20,000 nt of DNA from Chiloscyllium plagiosum (Eukaryota), in assembly GCF_004010195.1 (NCBI RefSeq), contig NC_057719.1, positions 21,751,492 through 21,771,491 on the forward strand, in the 5' to 3' direction. Both the position numbers and the translations under genes were made by a program. The notes under the pieces were generated by a model. It was not told the DNA's origin. It saw only the letters and a program-made list of their open reading frames with translations, and did no database searches. Below are positions 1-10,614 of the stretch, piece by piece; the first letter of the stretch is position 1; each line of letters begins with the position of its first letter.

Positions 1-21
1 GCCGAGCTGGAAGTTTTTGTT

Positions 22-61
22 GCAAACGTTTCGTCCTCTGTCTAGGTGACATCCTCAGTGC
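22..61 (-). ncRNA. Minimal type-I hammerhead ribozyme in PLE pLTR
   Basis: Minus strand reads gca-CTGAGGA-t-gtcacc-tagaca-gaggac-GAAAC-GTT-tgc. It has the CUGANGA/GAAA core, stem I gca/tgc, an imperfect stem II and a palindromic AAACGTTT stem III. Confidence 0.75.
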
Positions 62-167
62 TTGGGAGCCTCCTGTGAAGCGCTTCTGTGGTGTTTCCTC
101 CGGCATTTATAGTGGCCTGTCCCTGCCGCTTCCGGTTGTCAGTTTCAGCTGTTCGCTGTAGTGGCCG

Positions 168-310
168 NNNNNNNNNNNNNNNNNNNNNNNNNNNNNNNNN
201 NNNNNNNNNNNNNNNNNNNNNNNNNNNNNNNNNNNNNNNNNNNNNNNNNNNNNNNNNNNNNNNNNNNNNNNNNNNNNNNNNNNNNNNNNNNNNNNNNNNN
301 NNNNNNNNNN
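168..310. other. Assembly gap (143 N)
   Basis: Run of N. Confidence 1.
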
Positions 311-1004
311 AGTGGTCACAGTAGTCTGGCTGTCATTTTAGAGATGTTCTTGATGTATGGTAGTGTGGCTAGACCTTTGGGTTGTGGCATGTCCTCGTTC
401 TGTTGTCTTTCCCTTAGGCATCTGTTGATGAAATTGCGTGGATATCCATTTTTTGCGAATGCCTTGTATAGGTGTTCCTTTTCCTCTTTTTGCAGTTCTG
501 GTGTGCTGCAGTGTGTTGTGGCCCTTTTGAATGGTGTCTTGATGCAACTTTGTTTGTGTGTATTGGGGTGGTTACTTTCATAGTTCAGGACTTGGTCTGT
601 GTGTGTGGCTTTCCTGTGTACCTGCATGTAGCATTATTCCTGCATGTAGCTCTTGATTTTCCTTATTTACTTGATTTAGATAAATATGTATGTACCCTTT
701 ACACTTCAAATGTTCATGGCCAGATTACTAACAGAAGACAAAGATTACAAAAATGTCAGGTTATCTTCATGTGAAAAGGTCCTGGAAGAAAATATAATGC
801 ATATATATTTGTACAAATGAGAAAGTAAACAAATACTTTACAAATGTTAACACATTAAATTGTGATCCTCTTACACAGAATTGGTATATGTATTAGGTGT
901 CAGTTACAGAAAAATTCTATCTTCAAAAGATTTTAAAATAACCTTCAGGTTTTTTAATGTTTATGCCCTGCTCTTACATGTCTTCACTCTTGGTGTTTTC
1001 TGAG

Positions 1005-1592
1005 CCATTGTCTCAGGTCTGAACCACAGTGTCTGGTTTCTAATCACTGACTCCATTCATCTGCCTGGCAACTGTCTGAGATGAGTTAGACTGCTCACAA
1101 GCCTAGTGCCATATTTGAACCAGAATTAAACTTCCGATCACAATATGCTACCAGTATGGGTGTACCTCCATCAATTTCCCTATTGATCCCTCCCTCAAGT
1201 TAACTGCTGTTGAAACCATCAATCCTATAACTTGTCTCTAGTCTTGACTGTTTCAAGATTTCCTGCCCACATTTTACTTGCTGTTGTTTGTACTTTGATT
1301 TGCACCAAATCTATGCATTTCCTCCTCCTATGCTCAGTGATTTGCATCAGTTCCTAATTAAGCAACACTTTGATTTTAAAATTCTAATCCTTGTCTTTAC
1401 ATTGATATCACCACCCCATTCCATCCAATGAAATTCGTGGGAGGTAATACCTTGAGGTCCTTCAACCCTCTGAGACCGTTGGTTTCCTCTAATTCTGGTC
1501 TATTGAGCAGGCCAAAGTCTAAGCAGTCAGCAACTGAGCCTTCAGCTGTCAAGGGTTTACGTCTGGAACTTTATCTAACGATATGCTCTGTC
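1005..1592 (+). mobile_element. Degraded L2-clade LINE, 3' part of RT (left piece)
   Basis: Broken translations resemble L2 motifs: LVPYLNQ/IFEPELNF (~LGVIFDPELNF), VSSLDC (~VSSRLDY), LSDLHQFLIKQHFDFKILILVF (~LHWLPVxxRIxFKIL). Confidence 0.65.
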
Positions 1593-1597
1593 GTTTG

Positions 1598-2033
1598 GAG
1601 TCATAGAGTCATACAGCACAGAAACAGATCCTTTGGTCCAATCAGTCCATGCCAAACATTATCCCAAGCTAAACTAGTCCCACCTGCCTGCTCCTGGCCC
1701 ATATCCCTCCAAATCTTTCATACACTTATGCAAATGTCTTTTAAATGATGTGATTGTACCTACTTCCACCACTTCTTCAGGAAGTAAATTCCACACACGA
1801 ACAACCTCTGTGTAAAGCATTTGCCTCTCATGTCTTTTTTAAAACTCTCTCACCTTAAAAATGTGCCCCCAAGTCTTAAAATCCTCCATTCTAGCGAAAA
1901 GACCATTAACCCTACCTATACCCCTCATTATTTTATAAACTTCTATCAGGTCTCCTCTCAACCTCCTATGCTCCAGTGAAAAGAAGCCCAGCCTATGCAG
2001 TTTCTCTTTATAACACAAACCTTCTGTACCCTG
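1598..2033 (-). mobile_element. CR1 LINE 3' fragment nested in L2
   Basis: Begins gagtcatagagtcata, the reverse complement of the CTATGACT tail, and resembles the 3' end of the CR1 at 9480-9956. Confidence 0.85.
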
Positions 2034-2205
2034 TCTACTCTTTCTTATAGATTTTCCTTGAAACTGGTTTCTTTGGTTCTCTGCAGCAATAACTTCTCAT
2101 GAGATTTGTGTCAAAATTTGAGTTATAATACACCTTTGAAGCATCTTGGAATGTACTAACACTTTATCGTTTCTGTACATGTACATAGCATTGGTATTGT
2201 TGTAG
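2034..2205 (+). mobile_element. L2 LINE 3' end (right piece)
   Basis: cctttgaagcatcttgga...tgttgt resembles an L2 3' terminus and continues the 1005-1592 piece. Confidence 0.5.
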
Positions 2206-2482
2206 TAGGGGAATACATCCAGCTATTAGATGAGTTAACTGGTTCAGAGAGCTGATTCACTGCTTTACCTTGCTCCCCTATAGATGCCAGGAATTTTTGA
2301 TTTGAGATATAGCCTCTTGGACAGGACTAATTACTAGCTCAGTACTTTGTTGACAATACTATGTCTTCCTGTGATTATAAGCTCCGAGGCCAACTCTCCT
2401 TTAATTGATGAAAAATGGTAAAACTTTCATTGAAAAGCAATAACCAGGTATGCATTTAGATATCTGTTGGAACAATAATGCT

Positions 2483-2957
2483 ATAGAGTCATACAGCATA
2501 GAAACAAACCCTTCAGTCCAACTAGTCCATGCTGACTATGTTCCCAAACTAAACTAGTCCCATCTAGTCTGCATTTAGCCTAAACACTACCCTTCCTGTT
2601 CATGTACTTATCCAAATGTCTTTTAAACATTGTAACAGTACATACATCCATGACTTCCTCTGGCAGTTCATTTGACACACTAACCACTCTGTTAAAAAAG
2701 AAAAGTTGCTCCTCAAGTCCTTTTTAAATCTTTCTCTTTTCACCTTAAATATATGCACCTGAGTTTTAAACTTCCCCATTTTCGGGAAAAAGTCTTTTTT
2801 AACTTATCTTATCCATGCCCCTCATGATTTTATAAACCTCCATAACATCACGCTTCAACCTCCTATGCTCCAGTAATAAATGTCCCAGCCTGTATTAGTA
2901 ACTCAAACCCTCCATTCCAGGCAGGAACCTGATAAATCCTTTCTGAAGCATCTTCCC
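2483..2957 (-). mobile_element. CR1 LINE 3' fragment
   Basis: Starts with the atagagtcatacagc tail; similar to 1598-2033 and the reverse complement of 9430-9956. Confidence 0.85.
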
Positions 2958-3524
2958 TTACTTTGTTCAAGTCATAAAACTTCTTACTCATCTGCTCTGA
3001 GGTGTTTCCAGTTGTTTATTCTGCGATAATCAATTCAAAAGTTAAAGAATTAGAAATCCTCGCGGTGGAGCTATGCTACATTTCCATTCCACAAAGCAGC
3101 TTTGCAATTTCGTTCTATTTCAAATTTCCAAAACGTCAGTATATTTCTTTTGGTTTAAGGTTTCAGGCTCCATTCGTCATGCTCCTCCAACTATTTAGGG
3201 CAATTGATTGGAAATTTATTGCATGAGGAGTGTGGCTTTCTTTCATTATCATTCGTGCTTAGACTGCACAAAAGTTTAGAAACAAAATCAACAGCACCCA
3301 TCATAAATTTGTGTTAAATTCCACGTTATGGGTAATTAGCCCTGGCTATGTAAAAAGAGTCAAAAACAGCCAAGTCTAAAGCAATTACTGCTTAATTTCC
3401 TGACTTTCTGCAACTATTACCAGGAACTGACATTTCACAGAGTGTTACTTTCATGAGTATTCTTTGGTTTCATTTGTAATTTATATTTTGTTATCTGATC
3501 CGATTCTTTGTTAAAAAAAGAGAG

Positions 3525-3720
3525 AGCCTGTGTCTAAGGGGCATAATTTAAAAATTAAAACCAGACTTTTCTGGAGCATAATTAGGAAACACATCTAAAT
3601 TTTGAGACTGGTAAAATCTAGAACTTCCTTCTGCAAAACATTTAATTGTTCATTTTAAACCTGAGATTGGTCAGCAAAAGTTCACTAAAGATATTAAGGG
3701 AATTGGGTAAGTCAGAGTAT
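3525..3720 (+). mobile_element. Old CR1 3' fragment
   Basis: tctaaggggcataatttaaaaatt...aggaaacac...gatattaagggaattggg resembles the CR1 ORF2 C-terminus (RGHxLK). Confidence 0.55.
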
Positions 3721-3822
3721 GTGAAGTTTGCTTAGTTCACTTGTGAGACATGGAACATGGGTGTCACAAATAACGTTCCTTCCGAACTGTGTGTGTTCAT
3801 GATCAGATTGTTCTGTGGTATA

Positions 3823-3920
3823 ATGAGAGCTTGTGCTTCCAAATAAACCTGTTGGGCTATAATGTAATGTTGTGTGATTTTTAACTTTGTCCATCCCAGT
3901 CCAACATGGGCTCCTCCAAG
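3823..3920 (+). mobile_element. PLE pLTR 3' fragment (segment downstream of the HHR core)
   Basis: agcttgtgcttccaaataaacctgttgggctataa...tgtgtgatt...cccagtccaaca matches both arms of 18005-18180. Confidence 0.55.
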
Positions 3921-4110
3921 TTATAATGAGAATGCACATGTTAATGGCAAGACCTATAAGATGATTTAAAACCAACATCAGATGTATGAGACTATGATGA
4001 GAGGGTAATATGAGATTCATGTAAAATATGATGATCTCATGCTCACATGACTCTAACAACAGTAAGAGACAAGACATCAATCTGAAATGAGTATATGAAG
4101 AGCAAGGTCT

Positions 4111-4661
4111 TAGAACTTATACTAGAGAGCTGTTTTTGAGATGAAAATAGTCACAATTTTTAAAACTTTTCATCTTGCTGTTATTGGGGCAATTCATAAA
4201 AGATGCTGAAGTAATGGGAAAACAACACTTATACTGTATGAGAAGACAGTACTGATTGGTCACAAGCAGACTCTGATTTGATTACCATAGAAAATTCATC
4301 AGAACTACAAAGCTCTGTTCTTTGTAGATAGAAAGAACATGTACAAATACTGCACTTGTTGCAATTCAACAAAAGAATTGTTAGTCATTCTCTGGTTCAT
4401 GTCTCAGAGCAATGTCTTGGCTAATAAAGCAAAAATGTCTGCTTTAAAATTTAAACAAAGCTTGGTGGTTAACTGTCAGTCAAATTTACTCTGCATTCAC
4501 CATGGCAATGCCAAACAATTAATACTGTCCTTTCATGGAGTATAAACATTGTTTTTCTTTACTTTGGCATTTCTTGCCATTTGTCCTGATGATAACAAGA
4601 TGAAACATGTCTTTTTTCAATAAAAACAAGTTCTGTACTACCAAATGACTATTATAGAACT
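4111..4661. mobile_element. Old inverted-repeat PLE-derived element with decayed HHRs
   Basis: About 4160-4300 is the diverged reverse complement of about 4488-4610 (ttttcatcttg vs caagatgaaa; aaaacaacacttatact vs agtataaacattgtttt). CTGATGA at 4586-4592 and GAAA at 4602-4605. tagaact occurs at both 4111 and 4655. Confidence 0.6.
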
Positions 4662-5189
4662 GCATTTGATAACCTACACTGTACACATTAAAAAATATTT
4701 TGTAAAGAGGAATTGTCGAACATTAATTAGACCTAAAGAGCAAGCAGCATCCATGTCAACATTTGTGCAGATGTCCAGAATGTGAGATACTTCAGACTGG
4801 GGCTTTGATTTGCAGAGAGTATTAATGGCCTGAAGCAGAAATAAAACAGAAAGGATGGAATAACTGTACAGAGCTGTAACAGAGATCAGTATCATGTGTC
4901 ATAATATTTAAAGGAATTCATTGGACCTCCAGAAAGTCAGACAATAATAAATCTTAAGGAAGGTAAAGACAAAGCTATGGCATAGTTGAAAAGAGCATTC
5001 TCTCAGTATGGCAGAACCAACCAAATGCCCAAACCTAAAAGCAGGCTAACCCATAAGGATTGAGTAACACAAGATTGTACCAGTGATGACTGACCAAGCC
5101 ACTTTCCTTGAAGGGATCCTTTGAAGAAACATGTTTGCATTTTAACAAATAGGCCACAAGTAATGAAAGTGAAATTAGAGAAAACACCG

Positions 5190-5268
5190 GTCACAGATCA
5201 GCCTTGATCTCATTGAATTATGGAACAGATTCAAGTATCTCACTGTCCTATACTTGTTCCTAAGTTCA
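5190..5268 (+). mobile_element. CR1 extreme 3' fragment
   Basis: cagatcagccttgatctcattgaat...cttgttcctaagttc resembles the reverse complement of 19585-19660. Confidence 0.55.
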
Positions 5269-5644
5269 GTCATCACATAAGCGTTTGAGGAGAATTAGCT
5301 TTTGTTTTCACAAAGAGGAATTCACATTTTGTATTATGTATCATTTGTATCAGCTAAGGGTATCCAACCGTAATTATGTAATTGAAACTGAGTTGAAATG
5401 CAAATATTCTGGAGTTGCTGCATTAAAATCAGCCAATTGTCAGATGATGCCAAACCTTTAGTTCCCAATGAAAGACTTGAATCAAGAGCCATGAATCAGG
5501 TGATGTTCCAAAGCCAGTGGTTTGATATAAAATGTAAAGGAAAGGAAATATGTGGTTCTATAACTCCAGACAATCGCTATAAGGATGAAAATCAGAAGAT
5601 TACATTTACACATCCACTCCTCTGATGGTTGAGCATATTTAATT

Positions 5645-6005
5645 CCATAAGACAATAAGATGTTGGAGCAGAAGTCAGTCCTTCACGACTGACATGGCTA
5701 ATGTGATAATCCTCAACTCCACTTTCCTGTCTCTTCCCCATAACCCTTAATTCTCATATTAAAGAAAAATCTGTCTGTTTTAGCCTTGAATGTACTAAGT
5801 AACCCACCATCAATAGAAAGTCCTCCTTATCTCTATTTTAAATGTGTGACACCTTATTCTGAGATTATGCCCTGTGGTCCTAGACTGAGCCACAAGGGGA
5901 AATAACTTTTCCGCATCCAGTGTGACAATTCCCCGAAGAATTTTGTATGTTTCAATAAGGTTGCATCTCATTCTTTGATATTCCAATGACTATAGGCTCA
6001 ATCTG
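5645..6005 (-). mobile_element. CR1 LINE 3' fragment (different subfamily)
   Basis: ccataagacaataag tail, ccccataaccctt and gagattatgccctgtggtcctagac (RGHNL motif on the minus strand). Confidence 0.75.
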
Positions 6006-6023
6006 GATTGTGAAGGAACAAAA

Positions 6024-6902
6024 ATGGCATTTAGAAGTTTACGGGTTACTGAGGATTATGTCTGCAATAAATGCAATTGGTTGCGAATCCTATCAGATCG
6101 ATTGGATCAGTTGGAGAGACAGTCAGAGGCAACGAAGAATTTACAAGAGCAAGGGGATGTGAGGGATGGCAGTCACAGTAAAGGGGGAAAGTCACAGACA
6201 CAGTCACATAGATGGGTTAACTCCAGGAAAGGTAAGAGAGGTAGAGGCAGTTAGTGCAGGAGTCTTCTGTGGTCAACCCCATTTAAAACAAGTATGCTGT
6301 TTTGGAAAATGTTAGGGTGATGGATTCTCAGGGGAACATAGCACGAACATTCTGGTATTGAAACTGGCACTAATGCAATGAGGGGTACGTCGGGTTTCAA
6401 GAGGTCAATTGTGTTAGGGGACTCTCTTGTCTGACGTACAGACAGACGTTTCTGTGGCCAGCAGCAAAAAATCAGAATGGTGTGTTGCTTCCTTGGTGCC
6501 AGGATCAAGGATGTCTCAGAGAGGGTGTAGAATGTTCTCAAGGGGGAGAAAGGCATTGTACACATTGGAACAAACGACATAGAAAGGGAAAAGGTTGAGA
6601 TTCTGAAGGGAGATTACAGAGAGTTAGGCAGGAACTTAAAAAGAAGGTTCTCGAGAGCAGTAATATCTGGATTACTTCCAGTGCTATGAGCTAGTGAGGG
6701 CAGGAATAGGAGAATAGAGCAGATGAATGCATGGCTGAGGAGCTGGTGCATGGGAGAAGGATTCACATTTTTGGATCATTGGAATCTCTTTTGGGGTAAA
6801 AGTGACCTGTACAAGAAGGATGGATTGCACCTAAATTGAAAGGGGACTAATATACTTGCAGTGAGATTTGCTAGAGCTGCTCAGGAGGATTTAAACTCGT
6901 AA
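6024..6902 (+). pseudogene. CR1 ORF1p: partial zinc finger plus SGNH/GDSL esterase
   Basis: YVCNKC; VLGDSLV (~6411); CFLGARIKD; VHIGTNDI (~6557); DGLHLN (~6820). Broken by stops and frameshifts. Confidence 0.88.
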
Positions 6903-7323
6903 GGTGGTGGATGTGACCCAGGGAGATAGTGAGGAAAGAGATCAATCTGAGACTGGAACAGTTGAGAACAGAAGCGAATCAAACAGTCAGGGCAGGTAGG
7001 GACAAAGTAGGACTAATAAAATAAAGTGCATTTATTTCAATACAAGGAGCCTAACAGGGAAGGCAGATGAACTCAGGGCATGGTTAGGAACATGGTACTG
7101 GGATATCATAGTAGTTACGGAAACATGGCTCAGGGATGGTCAGGACTGACAGCTTAATGTTCCAGGATACAAATGCTACTGGAAGGATAGAAAGGGAGGC
7201 AAGAGAGGAGGGAGAGTGGTGTTTTTGATAAGGGATAGCATTACAGCTGTGCTGAGGGAGGATATTCCTGGAAATACATCCAGGGAAATTATTTGTGTGG
7301 AACTGAGAAATAAGAAAGGAATG

Positions 7324-7594
7324 ATTAGATTACTTACAGTGTGGAAACAGTCCCTTCGGCCCAACAAGTCCACACCGACCCTTTGAAGATCAAACCACCC
7401 AGACCTATTCCCCTACACCTAACACTACGGGCAATTTAGCATCGCCAATTCACCTAACCTGCACATCGTTGGATTGTGGGAGGAAACTGGAGCACCCAGA
7501 GAATGTGCAAACGCCACACAGACAGTTGCCCGAGGCAGGGATTGAACCCGGGTCTCTAGCACTGTGAGGCAGCAGTGCGAACCACTGTGCCGCC
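7324..7594 (-). mobile_element. tRNA-derived HE1-like SINE inserted in the CR1 endonuclease domain
   Basis: Minus strand has a ggcggcacagtggtt head, a gggttcaatccc B box and a CR1-like tail gtgtggacttgttgggccgaaggga...ttccacactgtaagtaatctaa. CR1 sequence resumes at caccttattggg. Confidence 0.9.
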
Positions 7595-9637
7595 TGCACC
7601 TTATTGGGATTGTATTATAGACCCCCCTAATAGTCAGAGAGAAATTGAGAGACAAATTTGTAAGGAGATCTCAGTTATCTGTAGGAATAATAAGATGGCT
7701 ATAGGAGGGGGTTTTAACTTTCCGAACATAGACTGGGACTGCCGTAGTGTTAAGGTTTAGATGGAGACGAATTTGTTAAGTGCGTACAAGAAAATTTTCT
7801 GATTCAGTATGTGGATGTATCTACTAGAGAAAATGCAAAACTTGACCTACTCTTGGGAAATAAGGCAAGGTGTCAGTGGGGGAGAACTTTGGGGCCGGCG
7901 ATCGTAATTCTATTCGTTTTAAAATAGTGATGGAAAAGGATAGACTAGATATAAAAGTTAAAGTTCTAAAGTGGAGAAAGGTCAATTTTGACAGTATTAG
8001 GCAAGAACTTTCAAAAGCTGATTGGGAGCAAATGTTTGCAGGTAAAGGGACGGCTGAAAAATGGTAAGCCTTCAGAAATGAGCTAACGAGAATCCAGAGA
8101 AAGTATATTCTTGTTAGGGTGAAAGGAAAGGCTGGTAGGTATAGGGAATGCTGGATAACTAAAAAAATTGAGGGATTGGTTAAGAAAAAGAAGGAAGCGT
8201 ATTTCAGGTATAGACAGGATAGATCGAGTGAATCCTTAGAAGAGTATAAAGGCAGTAGGAGTATACCTAAGAGGGAAATCAGGAGGGCAAAATGGGGACA
8301 TGAGATAGCTTTGACAAATAGAGTTAAGGAGAATCCAAAGGGTTTTTACAAATGCGTTAAGGACAAAAGGGTAACTCGGGAGAAAATAGGACCTCTCAAA
8401 GATCAGCAAGGCAGCCTTTGTTTGGAGCCGCAGAAAATGGGGGAGATACTAAACGAGTATTTTGTATCAGTATTTACTGTGGAAAAGGACATGGAAGATA
8501 TACAATGTAGGGAAACACATGGTGACATCTTGAAAAATGCCCATCTTACAGAGGAGGAAGTGTGTAAAAGTGGATAAATCCCCAGGACCTGATCAGGTGT
8601 ACCTGAGAACTCTGTGGGAAGTTAGGGAAGTGATTGCTGGACCTATTACTGAAATATTTGTTTCATCGACAGTCACAGGTGAGGTGCCAGAAGACTGGAA
8701 ATTGGCTAACGTGGTGCCACTGTTTAAGAAAGGTGGTAAGGACAAACCAGGGAACTATAAAACAGTGAGCCTGACGTCAATGGTAGGCAAGTTGTTGGAC
8801 GCAACCCTGAGGGACAGGATGTACATGTATTTGGAAAGGCAAGGACTGATTAGGGATAGTCAACATGGCTTTGTGCGTGGGAAATCATGTCTCACAAACT
8901 TGATTGAGTTTTATGAAGAAGTAACAAAGAAGATTGATGAGGGCAGAGCAGTAGATGTAATCGATATGGACTTCAGTAAAGCATTTGACAAGGTTCCCCA
9001 TGGGAGACTGGTTAGCAAGGTTAGAGCTCATGGAATGAAGGGAGAACTGGCAAAATATCCTATCTCTTACAGGAGAAGATTGGAACTGTGCCTGTGGGGT
9101 TTTAAGGCACCCAAGTCCTGACACACAGGTGGTGGAGGGTTGTTTTTCAGACTGGAGGCCTGTGACCGCAGGACTTATACACTTAATGGTAAGGTCCTAG
9201 GGAGTGTTGCTGAACAAAGAGACCTTGGAGTACAGGTTCATAGCTCCTTGAAAGATATGATAGTGAAGAAGGTGTTTGGTATGCTTTCTTTTATTGGTCA
9301 GATTTTTGAGTACAGGAGTTGGGAGGTCATGTTGCAGCTGTACAGGACATTGGTTAGGTCACTGTTGGAATATTGCATGCAATTCTGGTCTCCTTCATAT
9401 CGGAAAGATGCTGTGAAACTTGAAAGGATTCAGAAAAGGTTTACAAAGATGTTGCCACAGTTGGAGAATTTGAGTTCTAGAGAGAAGCTGAACAGGCTGA
9501 GGCTGTTTTCCCTGGAGTGTCAGAGGCTGAGGGGTGACCTCATAGAGGTTTACAAAATCATGAGGGGCATGGATAGGATAAATAGACAAAGTATTTTCCC
9601 TGGGGTGGGGGAGTCCAGAAGTAGAGGGCATAGTTTT

Positions 9638-9715
9638 AGGGTGGGAGGGGAAAGGTATAAAAGAGACCTCAGGGGCAGGGTGGGAGGGGAAAGGTATAAA
9701 AGAGACCTCAGGGGC
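9638..9715 (+). repeat. Perfect 39-bp tandem duplication in CR1 ORF2
   Basis: agggtgggaggggaaaggtataaaagagacctcaggggc occurs twice (RVGGERYKRDLRG x2). Confidence 0.97.
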
Positions 9716-9957
9716 AATGTTTTCCACGTAGAGGGTGGTACGGGTATGGAATGAGCTGCCAGAGGAAGTGGTGGAGGCTGGTACAATTGCAACATTTAAA
9801 AGGAATTTGGATGTGTATATGAATAGGAAGGGTTTGGAGGGATATGGGCCAGGTGCTGGCAGGTGGGACTGGATTGGTTTGGGATATCTGGTTGGCATGG
9901 ATGGGTTGGACTGAAGAGTCTGTTTCTGTGCTGTTCATCTCTATGACTCTATGACTG

Positions 9958-10065
9958 TAACTGTGGATTCTGGAAATCTGCAACAAAAACAGAAATTGCT
10001 GGAGAAACACAGAAGGTCTGGAAGCATCTGTGGATATAAACAGACTTAATGTTTCAGAACTCAGT
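9958..10065 (-). mobile_element. Neptune-type PLE pLTR terminal fragment; a short inverted remnant follows at ~10709-10730
   Basis: actgtggattctggaaa...tgctggagaaacacagaaggtctggaagcatctg...gtttc aligns with 11573-11665. gactggctgagcttttcca is the inverted remnant. Confidence 0.7.
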
Positions 10066-10101
10066 CTTTAAGTTACCTCACTGAGTTTGAAAGTTTGTTA
10101 T

Positions 10102-10139
10102 CAGACTTTTCATCACCATACTAGGTAATATAATCAGTG
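10102..10139 (-). ncRNA. Mutated hammerhead (inverted partner of 10575-10614)
   Basis: Minus strand reads ca-CTGATTA-t-attacc-tagtat-ggtgat-GAAAA-GTC-tga, with two core substitutions. Confidence 0.6.
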
Positions 10140-10574
10140 GGAGTCTCTGGTGAAGTGCTGGTCATATGTCCTGCCTCTCTATTTATAGGTCTTGGCTTCT
10201 TAAGGTGGGTGATGTCATTTCTGACTCGTTTTTCAAGGGAAGATAGATAGGATCTAAGTTGATGTGTCAATTGATGGAGTTCTGGTTAGAATGCAATGCC
10301 TCTAAGAATTCTTGTGCATGTCTTTGTTTCGCCTGTCCTCGGATGTGTATGTTGTCCCAGTCAATTTGGTGTCATTCTTTGTCTGTATGTATGAAAACTA
10401 GTCTTTTGGTGGCCAGTTGGTATTCATGTATCATGGTGGCAAGCTTCCTGCTAGTTTGTCCGATGTAGTGTTTTTTTTTACTGTTCTTGCATGGTATCTT
10501 GTAAACGACATTAGTTTTGCTGGTGATATCTAAAAAAAAGAACCAGAATGACACCAATGCTTCACCAGAGACTC

Positions 10575-10614
10575 TCACTGATGATGTTACCTAGTATAGT
10601 GATGAAACGTCTGA
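10575..10614 (+). ncRNA. Minimal type-I hammerhead ribozyme with a canonical core
   Basis: tca-CTGATGA-t-gttac-ctagtata-gtgat-GAAAC-GTC-tga. Stem I tca/tga, stem II gttac/gtgat, palindromic ACGT, GUC cleavage triplet. Confidence 0.85.

Larger units (their letters stand above)
1..622 (-). mobile_element. Penelope-like element (Poseidon-type), 5'-truncated: RT thumb/linker, N gap, then pLTR with hammerhead; runs off the window start
   Basis: ORF 316..627(-) HRKATHTDQVLNYESNHPNTHKQSCIKT...NGYP...LATLPYIKNIS matches the PLE thumb/linker. The minus strand of 1-167 carries a pLTR with CTGAGGA...GAAAC. Confidence 0.88.
7015..9880 (+). pseudogene. CR1 ORF2p: APE endonuclease plus reverse transcriptase, disrupted
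   Basis: CIYFNTRSL, VTETWL, YRPP, GGFNFPNIDW, KSPGPDQV, NVVPLFKKG, QHGFVRGKSCLTNLIEF, MDFSKAFDKVPH, EQRDLGV, RLRGDLIEVYKIM. The PQG and [Y/F]ADD segment is absent. Confidence 0.92.
6024..9956 (+). mobile_element. Near-full-length, inactivated CR1 (HER1-like) LINE
   Basis: ORF1 with CxxC and an SGNH esterase, ORF2 with APE endonuclease and RT, and a 3' ctctatgactctatgact tail. Many stops, frameshifts and deletions. Confidence 0.95.

Noticed and set aside
3002..5625. Short ORFs as host genes
   Set aside because: No recognisable domains, AT-rich random-like composition, and several overlap repeat relics.
9638..9715. CRISPR-like repeat
   Set aside because: Two abutting units, no spacers, inside a eukaryotic LINE.
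9395..10010. Pro-rich minus-strand ORFs
   Set aside because: Antisense to the CR1 3' region.
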